NCBI GenBank assembly: GCA_963697895.1
Contig: OY969100.1
Location: forward strand, 1,056,001 to 1,120,000
From: an uncultured Methanomicrobiales archaeon
GTDB lineage: Archaea; Halobacteriota; Methanomicrobia; Methanomicrobiales; Methanospirillaceae
Direction: 5' to 3'
Length of the DNA: 64,000 bases
The translations under genes and the position numbers were made by a program. This document shows, one piece after another, positions 28,758-38,132 of the stretch (within the stretch, counting starts at the first letter, position 1; each line of letters starts with the position of its first letter). The notes under the pieces were generated by a model. It searched no databases. It saw only the letters and a program-made list of their open reading frames with translations, and was not told where the DNA came from.

Positions 28758-29465
28758 CTAAACCTCTCTCTTCAACCACCAGAACGCATCCTCGACAAAA
28801 TCCTTCGCATCCTTCTCTACGCAGGGGCCGTGAGCGATGATCAGCTTGTCGAAGTCCCACGAGAGCAGCCGTTCGAGGGATCGCCGGGCGAGCCTCCGGT
28901 TCGTAAAAGTAAACCTGATATCGAGCGGAACGCCGCCACGCGGAGCAGCAACACCCCCGATCCTGGACAGGGCATTGCGGAGGAATTTCCCCTTCACGAC
29001 CGGGTGAACCTGGATGAGATCGTCCAGGATGACCGTGCGTGACGCTTTGTGAAAGAACAGGACCTCTTCGATGAGCCGGTTGCCCGTGAAGGCGATCTGG
29101 TCGAAGTCGTCCGCCCAGCCGGGATCCGGCTCGTCCCCGAGGACGCCGGTGATGGGCAGGTCCCCTTTCTTCAATGTCATCAGGGTGGTCCGGGGCACCC
29201 AGAGCCCGGCGTCGGGGAAGAGCGTGTGCCACCCGTCCAGCCGCCAGACATGCCGCGGGGTCGCAGCTAACAGGTACCTTACCGGACCCAGTTCGGTGAT
29301 GCTCCTGATCGTGTCGGGCGGCACCGCCACCGGGGAATCCACCCAGATCGAACCGCCGGAGAGCTGCACGACGGTCATGCGGGTGCTGAACCAGACCCCG
29401 AAGTCGCGGACGGGCGGCCCGTCGACGATCCATACGTTTTTGGCGAATGGCTGGAGGCCGTACAT
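28758..29465 (-). CDS. DUF4336-like protein (metallo-beta-lactamase-like fold)
   Basis: TRMTVVQL..G..WVDSP, EVLFFHKASRTVILDDL, WDFDKLIIAHG. Confidence 0.85.
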   Translation of the reverse strand: MYGLQPFAKNVWIVDGPPVRDFGVWFSTRMTVVQLSGGSIWVDSPVAVPPDTIRSITELGPVRYLLAATPRHVWRLDGWHTLFPDAGLWVPRTTLMTLKKGDLPITGVLGDEPDPGWADDFDQIAFTGNRLIEEVLFFHKASRTVILDDLIQVHPVVKGKFLRNALSRIGGVAAPRGGVPLDIRFTFTNRRLARRSLERLLSWDFDKLIIAHGPCVEKDAKDFVEDAFWWLKREV

Positions 29466-29641
29466 CTTGTCTTCGTTATTCCCTGTTCGTGTTCACTCGG
29501 TTCTTATCGGTAAAAGAAAAATAATACGTCCTGTTTCGGTTAATCCTGCTGAAATATTCCAGATCAGGATAATTCTATACTCATTTGTAATGAAATGAGT
29601 ATAGAATTCACATCACCCGACCTCCGGCCTCATGGGGGATC

Positions 29642-29950
29642 TCACTTCTTCAGTTCTATCGCGATATTATGTCCCACGCTCGTCCCGATATTCTCGGCTT
29701 CGTGCGATCCCTTCTCCATCCATAACGTCTGTCCGGCTTTGGCATCGATCTCCATCTTCTTCCCGTCGGAGGAGGTCAGCCTGGTTTTGGCGCCATTGAT
29801 GACATATATGACATGATCGTTCGGGTGATTGTGCATCGGTGCTTTCTCGCCGGGTTTCAGGCGGATGTCCAGCACCCGCACCCGGTCATTTTCCATGAGC
29901 AGTTTATAGGCATTCGGTGCTGCTTTCAACGCATCGGGAATCTGTGCCAT
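29642..29950 (-). CDS. Cupin domain protein
   Basis: ENDRVRV...PGE...HNHP...HEAENIG. Confidence 0.85.
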   Translation of the reverse strand: MAQIPDALKAAPNAYKLLMENDRVRVLDIRLKPGEKAPMHNHPNDHVIYVINGAKTRLTSSDGKKMEIDAKAGQTLWMEKGSHEAENIGTSVGHNIAIELKK

Positions 29951-30557
29951 AGTTTACCTCGTATAGGTCAGTTGATAACCCTCAACGGGTTTAATCATTG
30001 TGGTGGTTTCAGGGAACACGGCAAATACAGTCTTTTTTTATTTTGCAGAGAATTTTTCGTATGCAGGAAGATATCATCAGAACCGCATGGGGAGTGGGGA
30101 ATACGCCCGGCCAAGCGCGATACATCACCGGATTGTTCCGGTTTCAGAAACAAAATTTTCCTCTGTCAGAAACAATCAGGTGATTTCTTTCTCACTTTCG
30201 TACAAACCAGGAGAGCGGGGGGCAGCAACGGACCATGGCTCACATAATGATACAATGAATCTAAAACGAGCATCAGGACAAAGGTTACGACGATAATCAC
30301 GATTACAGAGACGATCAGGGTGCTATCGATCTTCCCCGTATCCTTTTCGGCCCCGATTTTCCTATCCCGTTCTCTCTTATTATCTGTTATTATTTAAACG
30401 GATGGACATGCCGGAACTGTCTGGTGCATTGGTTACCGGAAAATGTATTCCCTGCAGGGGAGATCTGTTCCCGCCGGGAACGGTAAGGATGCGGCTCAGG
30501 GAGCCTGACAGAGTAATTCATCCCGGCTCCTTTATCCAATAAAAGAAAAGATTTTCG

Positions 30558-31697
30558 TTATCGGGATGAGCGGTCTTTCCAGAAGAGGACGAAGACCGCG
30601 ATCCCGATCCCGATCGCAAGGAGGGGGAGATAGGCCGGGAGCGGTCCCTTCTGGGTCGGAGAGGTGGTCGAACCGGATGTCCCGGAGAAGACCGGGGGAA
30701 CCGTGGCCGACACCTCGATCGATTTCGCATTCTCGCCCTTGATCGTGACCTGCCCGCTGGCCGAATAGAGGTACGGGTATACCTTCAGGTACACGGTCTC
30801 CGGGGTGCCCGGGAGGGTGATCTCTTCCGTGGTAGCGGAACCGGCCCTGTTCACCTTCTGGATATTTCCCGCTGCATCCGGGTATTCGATCACCCAGTCG
30901 ATCCCCGTCGAGGCGGTGATCCGGACCGGTTCTCCCTTCGTGGTCACCGTGAAATATGCCGGGTTGTCCTGGGAAGCCCCGGCCGTCGCCGATACGATCG
31001 GAACTGCAGGGGTGGGCACCGTGGTCGGCACCGGGGTGGTGGCCTGCGGGAGCTCTTCGACCGTGAACGTGACCGTCCCGATGAAGCCCTTCTCGTCCGT
31101 GAACTCGACATCATAGGAGCCGCTCTCCGTGATGGGGACCTCCCGGGAGAACGCCCCTGCCTGGGTCGTGGCTATATATTCCGGCCCGAAGATCGTTGTT
31201 CCCGCCGCATCCTTCACCTCTACCTGGACGCCGGTGTTCTGCGTGTTGGCAAGAGATCCCTCGACCCTCAGCATCCCGTCGAATTCCTGTTTTTCCGGGG
31301 AGGTGATCCGGATCTCCCCGGAGCGATCCACGAGTTGGACCGAACGCAGCGTGGTGGAGTTCCCGAGAAACTGTATCCCCGCCACCGGGAGCACCTCGAG
31401 TTTATACACGCCACTGCCGAGCCCCTTCGTATCGAATGTCACCGAGAAGTCCGGGACGCTCTGGATGGTGACGGACTTCCGGGCGACTTCATGATAGGTA
31501 TTATCGGAATAGGAGAGGACGATCTCGACCGTGGTCCCCGTATGCAGGTTGGATGTGCCGTTGACCACAATGGGTCTGCCGACCTGCACGCTCCCGGGAG
31601 CGGTGATGGAAATTTCATACGCCGCTACCGTCCCGATCAGGAGCGACAGGATCACCATCAGGAGGAGGGATTTTTTCACCACGGCAGGGTTGACCAT
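30558..31697 (-). CDS. Secreted surface protein with C-terminal TM anchor
   Basis: Signal peptide, beta-rich domains, Thr/Pro linker, GPLP-TM-basic tail resembling an archaeosortase-type signal. Confidence 0.8.
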   Translation of the reverse strand: MVNPAVVKKSLLLMVILSLLIGTVAAYEISITAPGSVQVGRPIVVNGTSNLHTGTTVEIVLSYSDNTYHEVARKSVTIQSVPDFSVTFDTKGLGSGVYKLEVLPVAGIQFLGNSTTLRSVQLVDRSGEIRITSPEKQEFDGMLRVEGSLANTQNTGVQVEVKDAAGTTIFGPEYIATTQAGAFSREVPITESGSYDVEFTDEKGFIGTVTFTVEELPQATTPVPTTVPTPAVPIVSATAGASQDNPAYFTVTTKGEPVRITASTGIDWVIEYPDAAGNIQKVNRAGSATTEEITLPGTPETVYLKVYPYLYSASGQVTIKGENAKSIEVSATVPPVFSGTSGSTTSPTQKGPLPAYLPLLAIGIGIAVFVLFWKDRSSR

Positions 31698-31966
31698 AAG
31701 GATCTATCCGGGATATGGGTTGCCCATGTTGAGGTAAATGCTTTCTGATAGGTCGAACGATCCGACCATCAGGGATCTTCTCTTCTTCGTGAATACGGGG
31801 AGCGAGTATGATCCGGGTCACCCGCGATCTGATCGGACTTCCCCTTCCGGGACGGGAATACTGCTGAAGATGCAATAATTCACCGGGGAGTGGGTTCGTG
31901 ATTCACGGGTCCCCGCCAGAACCGGATCTTTTGGCGTTCCCGGGTACCACAAATACCGGAGAACGC

Positions 31967-32167
31967 TTACGGACTTTTTACGTGGATCCTGAATACCATG
32001 TATCCGAGGAGCACCATGAGGGAGATGACGAACAGGTACCAGTCATATGCATACAGGTCGTGATGGAACGTGATCAGGGCGATATTGAGAAGACAGATCA
32101 TCGCCACTCCTGACGAGAAGCCGACCGTAAATATCGCCCGGCCCGAGGTTATGTCCATGGGAAACAT
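31967..32167 (-). CDS. Small 2-TM protein
   Basis: 66-aa hydrophobic ORF. Confidence 0.5.
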   Translation of the reverse strand: MFPMDITSGRAIFTVGFSSGVAMICLLNIALITFHHDLYAYDWYLFVISLMVLLGYMVFRIHVKSP

Positions 32168-32296
32168 GAGGGGAAAGATTCTGCTTAAGCCTTCCCCACA
32201 AGCAGGTACCCGGATTGATTCCTCCCCCGCCCCTGACGCTCACTTTCACCGTCCGTTCAGGGATCCCTTATCCCGTTACGTGCCGGAAAGATCCTC

Positions 32297-32542
32297 ATGG
32301 AACCCGTGGATCGCGGACCGGTCGGCAGGGACCTCTTTGAAAGCCTGGAGTGGTACGCACAGGGAAACCCGGAGGAGCTGGCCGAAATCGATCGGATACG
32401 GAGACTTCTGACCGAGACAGGAGCCTGGGCCGGCTGGAGATACCAGGCGGAAGAGGGAGAACCGGCCCCGGAAGCATCAACGGATCCTGCGGTCAGACGG
32501 GATGTTAACGGTACGGAGAAAACCCGGTTGAACCGTGAATGA
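32297..32542 (+). CDS. Hypothetical protein
   Basis: 81-aa ATG ORF. Confidence 0.4.
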   Translation: MEPVDRGPVGRDLFESLEWYAQGNPEELAEIDRIRRLLTETGAWAGWRYQAEEGEPAPEASTDPAVRRDVNGTEKTRLNRE

Positions 32543-32637
32543 GGTGCCGAAGGGCTTGACCCGCAGGTTCGAATCTCACCTCGTCCTCTGCATGAACAAA
32601 TAAGGTTTAAACCCGTAAATCGATAAAATGGATCACA

Positions 32638-33228
32638 ATGGTCCAGTTCTTTCCCACCGAACTCGCAAATCTCCTCTTCAACATCGTCATCATCCTCTGG
32701 TTTCTCAGCGAGGTTGTGGGAGGCAGGATAATTCCCGCTCTCCGGCGCCGCGGAACAAAGATCGAGAGAAGAGACCGGGGCTCTGCCCTCCTCATCGTCG
32801 GAGGCATCTTCCTCTCCGTTGTCATCGCGTTTGCGTTTGCATCCAACGGCATCGCGATGCTCCCCGGATGGGTCTCGTACGTGGGGATCGCCCTGATGCT
32901 TGCAGGAGTTATCATCAGGCAATGGGCCATTGCAGTCCTCGGGAGGTATTTCTCACCCGTGGTGGGGATCCAGGAGGGCCAGACCGTGGTGAAGACCGGA
33001 CCGTATCGCCTGGTCCGTCATCCTTCGTATACCGGGGCACTCCTGATCATCGGGGGAATAGGGCTGGCACTCCAGTCATGGGGAGCGGTCCTCGTTCTCC
33101 TGGTCATATTCGGCCTGACCTACGGCTACCGGATACACCGGGAGGAGAAGGTCCTGGTCTCCGAACTCGGCGATGAGTATATCCAGTACATGAAGACGAC
33201 GAAGAGAATCATCCCGTATATCATCTGA
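32638..33228 (+). CDS. Isoprenylcysteine carboxyl methyltransferase family membrane protein
   Basis: LGRYFS, TGPYRLVRHPSYTG, RIHREEKVL. Confidence 0.9.
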   Translation: MVQFFPTELANLLFNIVIILWFLSEVVGGRIIPALRRRGTKIERRDRGSALLIVGGIFLSVVIAFAFASNGIAMLPGWVSYVGIALMLAGVIIRQWAIAVLGRYFSPVVGIQEGQTVVKTGPYRLVRHPSYTGALLIIGGIGLALQSWGAVLVLLVIFGLTYGYRIHREEKVLVSELGDEYIQYMKTTKRIIPYII

Positions 33229-33422
33229 AGTACACTTTCGTTTCAGAAACAGGTTGTTTCCCGATCAGAAACAAGGGAAGAAAAAGGGATCCCTGTCTTC
33301 CGGATACCGGGACCCATCTATATCCGGAATTTCCGGTTCCGTATCGTGCTGCCATCCATAATCCGGTGACGAGAGATCGCAACGGTTAAAATCTGCCACA
33401 TCTATCTTCAAGGCAGGCAAGA

Positions 33423-33968
33423 ATGACCCCGGACGACGCAAAGCCCCCTGAAGGGAAGGAAGGAGGAGAAGATCCGTGCCAGGAGAAGGGAGGGGTGCAT
33501 TCATTTGTCCAGTCTCTCGCACTCGGCAGCACATGGATGTTCACCCTCGCGGTGATCGGCACCGGGATCATAGCGGTCGTCCTGTTTGTCTACGGCTTCC
33601 TTTTAAGCCTGTACGGGGTGTACCAGGCGATCGCCGGGTTCAGCCTGGATATCCATGTCGTCAAGGAATACCTCGCCACTTCGATCCAGATCATCGACAT
33701 CTTTCTCGTCGCGACGGTCTTTTACCTGATATCCATGGGGCTGTACCAGCTCTTCATCGCGAAGGCGCCGCTTCCCGGGTGGGTAAAGATCTGCAACCTC
33801 GACGACCTGAAGACCAAGCTCCTCGGCCTGACCGTGATCGCATTAGCAGTCATCTTCCTCGGGACCGCCCTTACCCTGAGTGTTGGAACCAGCATCCTGG
33901 AGTTCGGAGCCGCGATCGCGCTCATGATCGCGGCTATTTCGGTTTACCTCTGGGTAAAACACGAGTGA
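33423..33968 (+). CDS. YqhA family membrane protein
   Basis: IDIFL...GLYQLFI...LPGW...LDDLK. Confidence 0.85.
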   Translation: MTPDDAKPPEGKEGGEDPCQEKGGVHSFVQSLALGSTWMFTLAVIGTGIIAVVLFVYGFLLSLYGVYQAIAGFSLDIHVVKEYLATSIQIIDIFLVATVFYLISMGLYQLFIAKAPLPGWVKICNLDDLKTKLLGLTVIALAVIFLGTALTLSVGTSILEFGAAIALMIAAISVYLWVKHE

Positions 33969-34124
33969 AAGATTGCAAAAAACGTTCGGGACATATACCG
34001 TATCCTTTTTTTTCCGGCGCCATCCTTATCATCTCCTCCGGTCCTCATTTACCGACCGGTTGCCCACCGGACGATCCGGGAATCCGGCGACGGTACCAGG
34101 ATGATCGCGTATTCGACCCGGGAA

Positions 34125-34721
34125 TTACTCCCGCGGCAGGATCTCGATCGGAATTTCCATCAATACGCGGATTACCTTGTTTTCCCGCCGTACCGGAATG
34201 GGATCGAAGAGGAGCGTCTCCGTCGGACCCCAGAGGGATACCCAGCCGATGATCTGGAACCCGTTGTTGAGGACCGAACCCAGCCATGCAGGGATGCCGG
34301 CAACGACACCGCTTCCGAAGAACGTTGCAAGGCCGAGACAGACGGCGAGGAATGCAAAACTGAAGGGGAGCTGCCGTAACCCCTGCCAGTGGATGTTCCG
34401 GAGCTGGATCGCGTTGTCCGAGAGCTTTCTCATGCAGAACCGGTGGATCGCAACGGTGACCTGTTCCTGTATCCCGGGGGTGATCTGGTCCCGGGGGAGC
34501 AGGATCGTCAGCCGGAACTTCCGCTTCCGGAGCGTCCACCCCGGCTTGAGCTGCTTCATCAGCCGCTCCACGGCCGACTGCCCCATATACTCCGTCTCCT
34601 TCTCTGAAAAGGGATCGAAATCCGGTGCGATCAGCAGCTCCCGGATGGTATCCAGTTCCAGCGTGACGTGGTTCTTATCGTTCCAGGTAATCTGGTCCGC
34701 GTGAGTATTCCCGGGGATCAT
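34125..34721 (-). CDS. Hypothetical membrane protein
   Basis: Two C-terminal TMs with IIGWVSLWGP motif. Confidence 0.7.
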   Translation of the reverse strand: MIPGNTHADQITWNDKNHVTLELDTIRELLIAPDFDPFSEKETEYMGQSAVERLMKQLKPGWTLRKRKFRLTILLPRDQITPGIQEQVTVAIHRFCMRKLSDNAIQLRNIHWQGLRQLPFSFAFLAVCLGLATFFGSGVVAGIPAWLGSVLNNGFQIIGWVSLWGPTETLLFDPIPVRRENKVIRVLMEIPIEILPRE

Positions 34722-35029
34722 GGTACTTCACTTTTTACTGATGAGCGTCCTTCGGATCACAAGCGGTCACTTCTGATACATCTCTGTCGTTCTCCTCGCC
34801 GGGGTTGACAATTGGTACCCTTCGCCCGGTATAGAGGTCATGCAAAAACCGTGTCTTTCCACCGTATTGGCCAGGTTTTGAACCACATGGTTCATTTCTG
34901 AACCAGGAGAAGATAAATTATTCCGAGGGAGAACCAATACGACCGCAGTCTTTCGGAACAATCCATACCCGGGAGCCGCCGGAGTCGCCCGTTATTTCGG
35001 CAGAATGAGAGGAGGAGGGAGTGCCTTCC

Positions 35030-35212
35030 CTACCGGTACGTGAGGATCTTGAGGATCCGTTCCCGTTCCTCTTCCTTGCTCAAGTCCATGTCGTGCATGG
35101 TCATTACATGTCCCTCGATCCGCTTCATTATCTCCATCTCGCCCTTGGCTTCCATCTCGTAATCGCACGAGAGGCCGAGGTCCTTACACCGGTATACTGC
35201 AATCTTCCCCAT
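35030..35212 (-). CDS. DUF1059-like small metal-binding protein
   Basis: CKDLGLSC...H...H pattern. Confidence 0.8.
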   Translation of the reverse strand: MGKIAVYRCKDLGLSCDYEMEAKGEMEIMKRIEGHVMTMHDMDLSKEEERERILKILTYR

Positions 35213-35406
35213 TACGATTCACTCACGACACTCATGGCACCCGGGATATTTAGGTTTTTTGGGGGGGGTATTCCCGATCTTCTCATGCCAGGGCCGCACT
35301 TCATCACCGGGTATGTGGGATGATCTCCCCTGCACCGGCGATCTCCTGCTTCCATTGCCGGGGATATCGGCACCATATGGAGAGGCCACCTTGGGGGGAA
35401 CTTCTT

Positions 35407-35493
35407 TAATGTGTTCCCGATCCAATATTTGAGGAACGTGACACAGGGTATCTTCCCTTAATGCGTTCCCGATCCAATAGTTGAGGAACGTGT
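35407..35493. repeat. Two ~34-bp direct repeats with internal GTTCC...GGAAC dyad
   Basis: TAATGYGTTCCCGATCCAATAKTTGAGGAACGTG at ~35407 and ~35459. Confidence 0.8.
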
Positions 35494-35622
35494 AACGATC
35501 GGAACCGTGATTCAAAAGTGAACACGGACCGGGCTTCCCGCAATGAAAACCGGAACCGGGAAGATCCCCGAGATCCCGTGCCGTCAGAAAGGGGAACAAA
35601 CGGAATCAGGTCAGGACAATGT

Positions 35623-36969
35623 ATGAGGTATTCGGGATTTGCCGGTAAATTAATGGTATTCATACTCATTGCACTCGTTCCCCTGATCCTGGTAGCCACG
35701 CTCTTCTTTTCCCCTGCCCTCACGCTCGCGGTCAGCACCGCGATCATCGGTCTGGTCGTGGGGGTTTGTTCCTTCCGCACGCTCGTCTGCTTCTCCTTCG
35801 GGTGCAGGACCCCGGAGACGGTACATCCCCGGAACTATCCGTTCGTCTCGGTCATCGTATCCGCGTACAATGAAGAAACCGTCCTCCCCCGGACGATGGC
35901 CTCGATGCGTGAGGTTGGGTATCCCTCCGACCGGCTCGAGTTCCTCTATGTCTACGAGGAGACGTGCACGGACCGCACCGGGGAGATCATCGCCGGCTTT
36001 GAAAAAACGGACCCCCGTTTCCACGGGATGAAATTTCGCGGCGGAAAAGCAGTATGCCTGAATTATGCGATCCGTCAGTCGCGGGGGGATGTCATCTGCA
36101 TCCTCGATGCAGACCATTCGCTCGAGCGGGATGCAATCATCCGGGCGGTGGGGGTCATGGAGACGACCGGTGCCGCCTGTGTCAAGGGCAGGAGCCGGGT
36201 CGTCAATAAACAGGAGAGCGTGTTCTCCCTCCTCGGCGGGGTCGAACGGGATGTCATCGAACGGCTGATCAGCTATGGCACCTACCTGTTCGGCGGGTTT
36301 TCATTCTTCGGCGGAAGCCTCGGGTTTTTCCGGCGGGAGTTGCTCGAGACGGTAGGCCCGTTCAACGGAGAGGTGTTAACGGAGGACATCGAGTCTGTCT
36401 GCACGGATCCATCTGGCGGGATACACGGTCTGTGTCGATCCCTCCATCGTCAGCTGGGAGGAGACTCCCCCACCTTCGCCGGCTGGTGGAAACAGCGGAA
36501 ACGATGGTGCCGGGGGTGGGTGCAGTGCACGGTCATCCACCTCTTCCCGATGATCCGGAGCCGCATACCCGTGGTGACAAAAGTGGACAGTTCCTTCACC
36601 TGGGCGTTCAATTTTATCCCGTTGCTGACGATCAGTTTCATTCCCCTGTCGATCATCGGCCTTGCATTCCATATCCCGGTATTCCTGTTCAACCCGGCGT
36701 TGGCAGTGGTCTTCGCAGTCGTGCCCGTCGTTATGGTGACCGGACCGGTCCTGCTGGACGTAATCCAGGGCGAGCGGTTCCGCTGGGAGGATCTTTTCTG
36801 TATCATTCTCTTCCCGTATTACCTGGCATTATACGGCATCGTTGCCGTTTCCGCAATCCTCGACGAGTTCGTCCTGGAAAAGCCGAGTGTGTTTATCCGG
36901 ACGGAGAAATCGGGGAGTACCAGGGCGGAGTGCGGTCCGGTTACCGGAACGCAGGGAAGTTATCCCTGA
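35623..36969 (+). CDS. GT2 glycosyltransferase (cellulose synthase/IcaA-like)
   Basis: SAYNEE, GGKA..LN, DAD, LTED, QRKRW; contains a compensated frameshift pair 36394-36471. Confidence 0.9.
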   Translation: MRYSGFAGKLMVFILIALVPLILVATLFFSPALTLAVSTAIIGLVVGVCSFRTLVCFSFGCRTPETVHPRNYPFVSVIVSAYNEETVLPRTMASMREVGYPSDRLEFLYVYEETCTDRTGEIIAGFEKTDPRFHGMKFRGGKAVCLNYAIRQSRGDVICILDADHSLERDAIIRAVGVMETTGAACVKGRSRVVNKQESVFSLLGGVERDVIERLISYGTYLFGGFSFFGGSLGFFRRELLETVGPFNGEVLTEDIESVCTDPSGGIHGLCRSLHRQLGGDSPTFAGWWKQRKRWCRGWVQCTVIHLFPMIRSRIPVVTKVDSSFTWAFNFIPLLTISFIPLSIIGLAFHIPVFLFNPALAVVFAVVPVVMVTGPVLLDVIQGERFRWEDLFCIILFPYYLALYGIVAVSAILDEFVLEKPSVFIRTEKSGSTRAECGPVTGTQGSYP

Positions 36970-37322
36970 GGCGGGCCAGAGCCGCGGGGGGGATACTATC
37001 GGCTGAATGCAACCCGGTATTACGGGTAACTCGTTTGGCCGAGGATGCTCTCGCATTCCGGAAGGGTTGGACTGCCGCTATAACCCGGGATCGGAGATGG
37101 GAACAGGTTTGGTGATCTTTTCTGGCATAACCCGGTGGACGGTATCGGCTGAACTGAAAAGAACATCTCTCCCGCTGAACGTTTATGATTCGATCCCGCC
37201 ATTCCGTCCCCTGAACTGACATCGCAACAACTCCGACTGGTATAAGAACGATCGCGACGTTCTGGTATCATTATACAGAGAGTGAGGGAATTCCCTTGTC
37301 CGCGGCAGAAAGTTCACAAACC

Positions 37323-37931
37323 ATGTTCGGTCAATATCTGAGTCTCTTTGCCACCACCGAAATTTTCATCTTCGTTTTCATGGAGATCGTCACCAAAATA
37401 GATACCATCCAGCGGGTGATCTTCAAGAAGGCAGCACTCCGTGATTATATCGTCTTCGTGGTGCTTTTCGGTTTATTTTCGATATTCGGGACGTACATCG
37501 GGATACCGAGCAACTACGGGGCGATCAGCAATATCCGGGATCTTGCGCCGATGGTGGCGGGCCTGGTCGCCGGTCCGTATGTCGGCCTGGCGGTCGGGTT
37601 GATCGGCGGCGTCCATCGCTTTTTCCTCGGGGGGGATACCGCTCTCCCCTGCATGCTGGCAACCATCCTCGCGGGAGTGCTGGCAGGGCTGGTCTACCAG
37701 TTAAACAAGGGAAAATTGATCGGCATCATCCCAGGGATGCTCTTTGCCGTCGGGATCGAGCTGCTGCATGGCGGGCTGGCACTGGCGCTGGTCAGCCCGT
37801 TCTCGGAGGCGGTAGAGATCGTGGTCGCGGTGATCCCCGGCATGATCATTGCCAATTCTCTGGGTTTGGGAATCAGCATCATCGTAATCCATAGTACCAA
37901 GGAATCGTGCAGGCCCTGCACCCCGGAATAA
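37323..37931 (+). CDS. Stand-alone LytS/YhcK 5TM receptor domain protein
   Basis: FSIFGTYIG...NIRD..PMVAGL..GP..G...G.IGG.HR; no kinase domain. Confidence 0.85.
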   Translation: MFGQYLSLFATTEIFIFVFMEIVTKIDTIQRVIFKKAALRDYIVFVVLFGLFSIFGTYIGIPSNYGAISNIRDLAPMVAGLVAGPYVGLAVGLIGGVHRFFLGGDTALPCMLATILAGVLAGLVYQLNKGKLIGIIPGMLFAVGIELLHGGLALALVSPFSEAVEIVVAVIPGMIIANSLGLGISIIVIHSTKESCRPCTPE

Positions 37932-38132
37932 CAAAATACTCTTTTTCTCTCGGATAGTGGGGAAGGGGGTATGAAGGAATTTTTTTACGGAATGCTTCCC
38001 GTCGATCGAACGGGTAAGAATTTCCCGGTTTCCGGCAACCGGGGAAGCATGAAAGGATGAGACTGATGTAAACACTCTCGTCCACCCGGAGATTCCGAAA
38101 TTATAAAGAGGCTTGAACCGGAATTGCCGATC

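Noticed and set aside
32541-32590. Complete tRNA gene
   Set aside because: Only a T-loop-like decamer; no D or anticodon arm and the T-stem does not pair.
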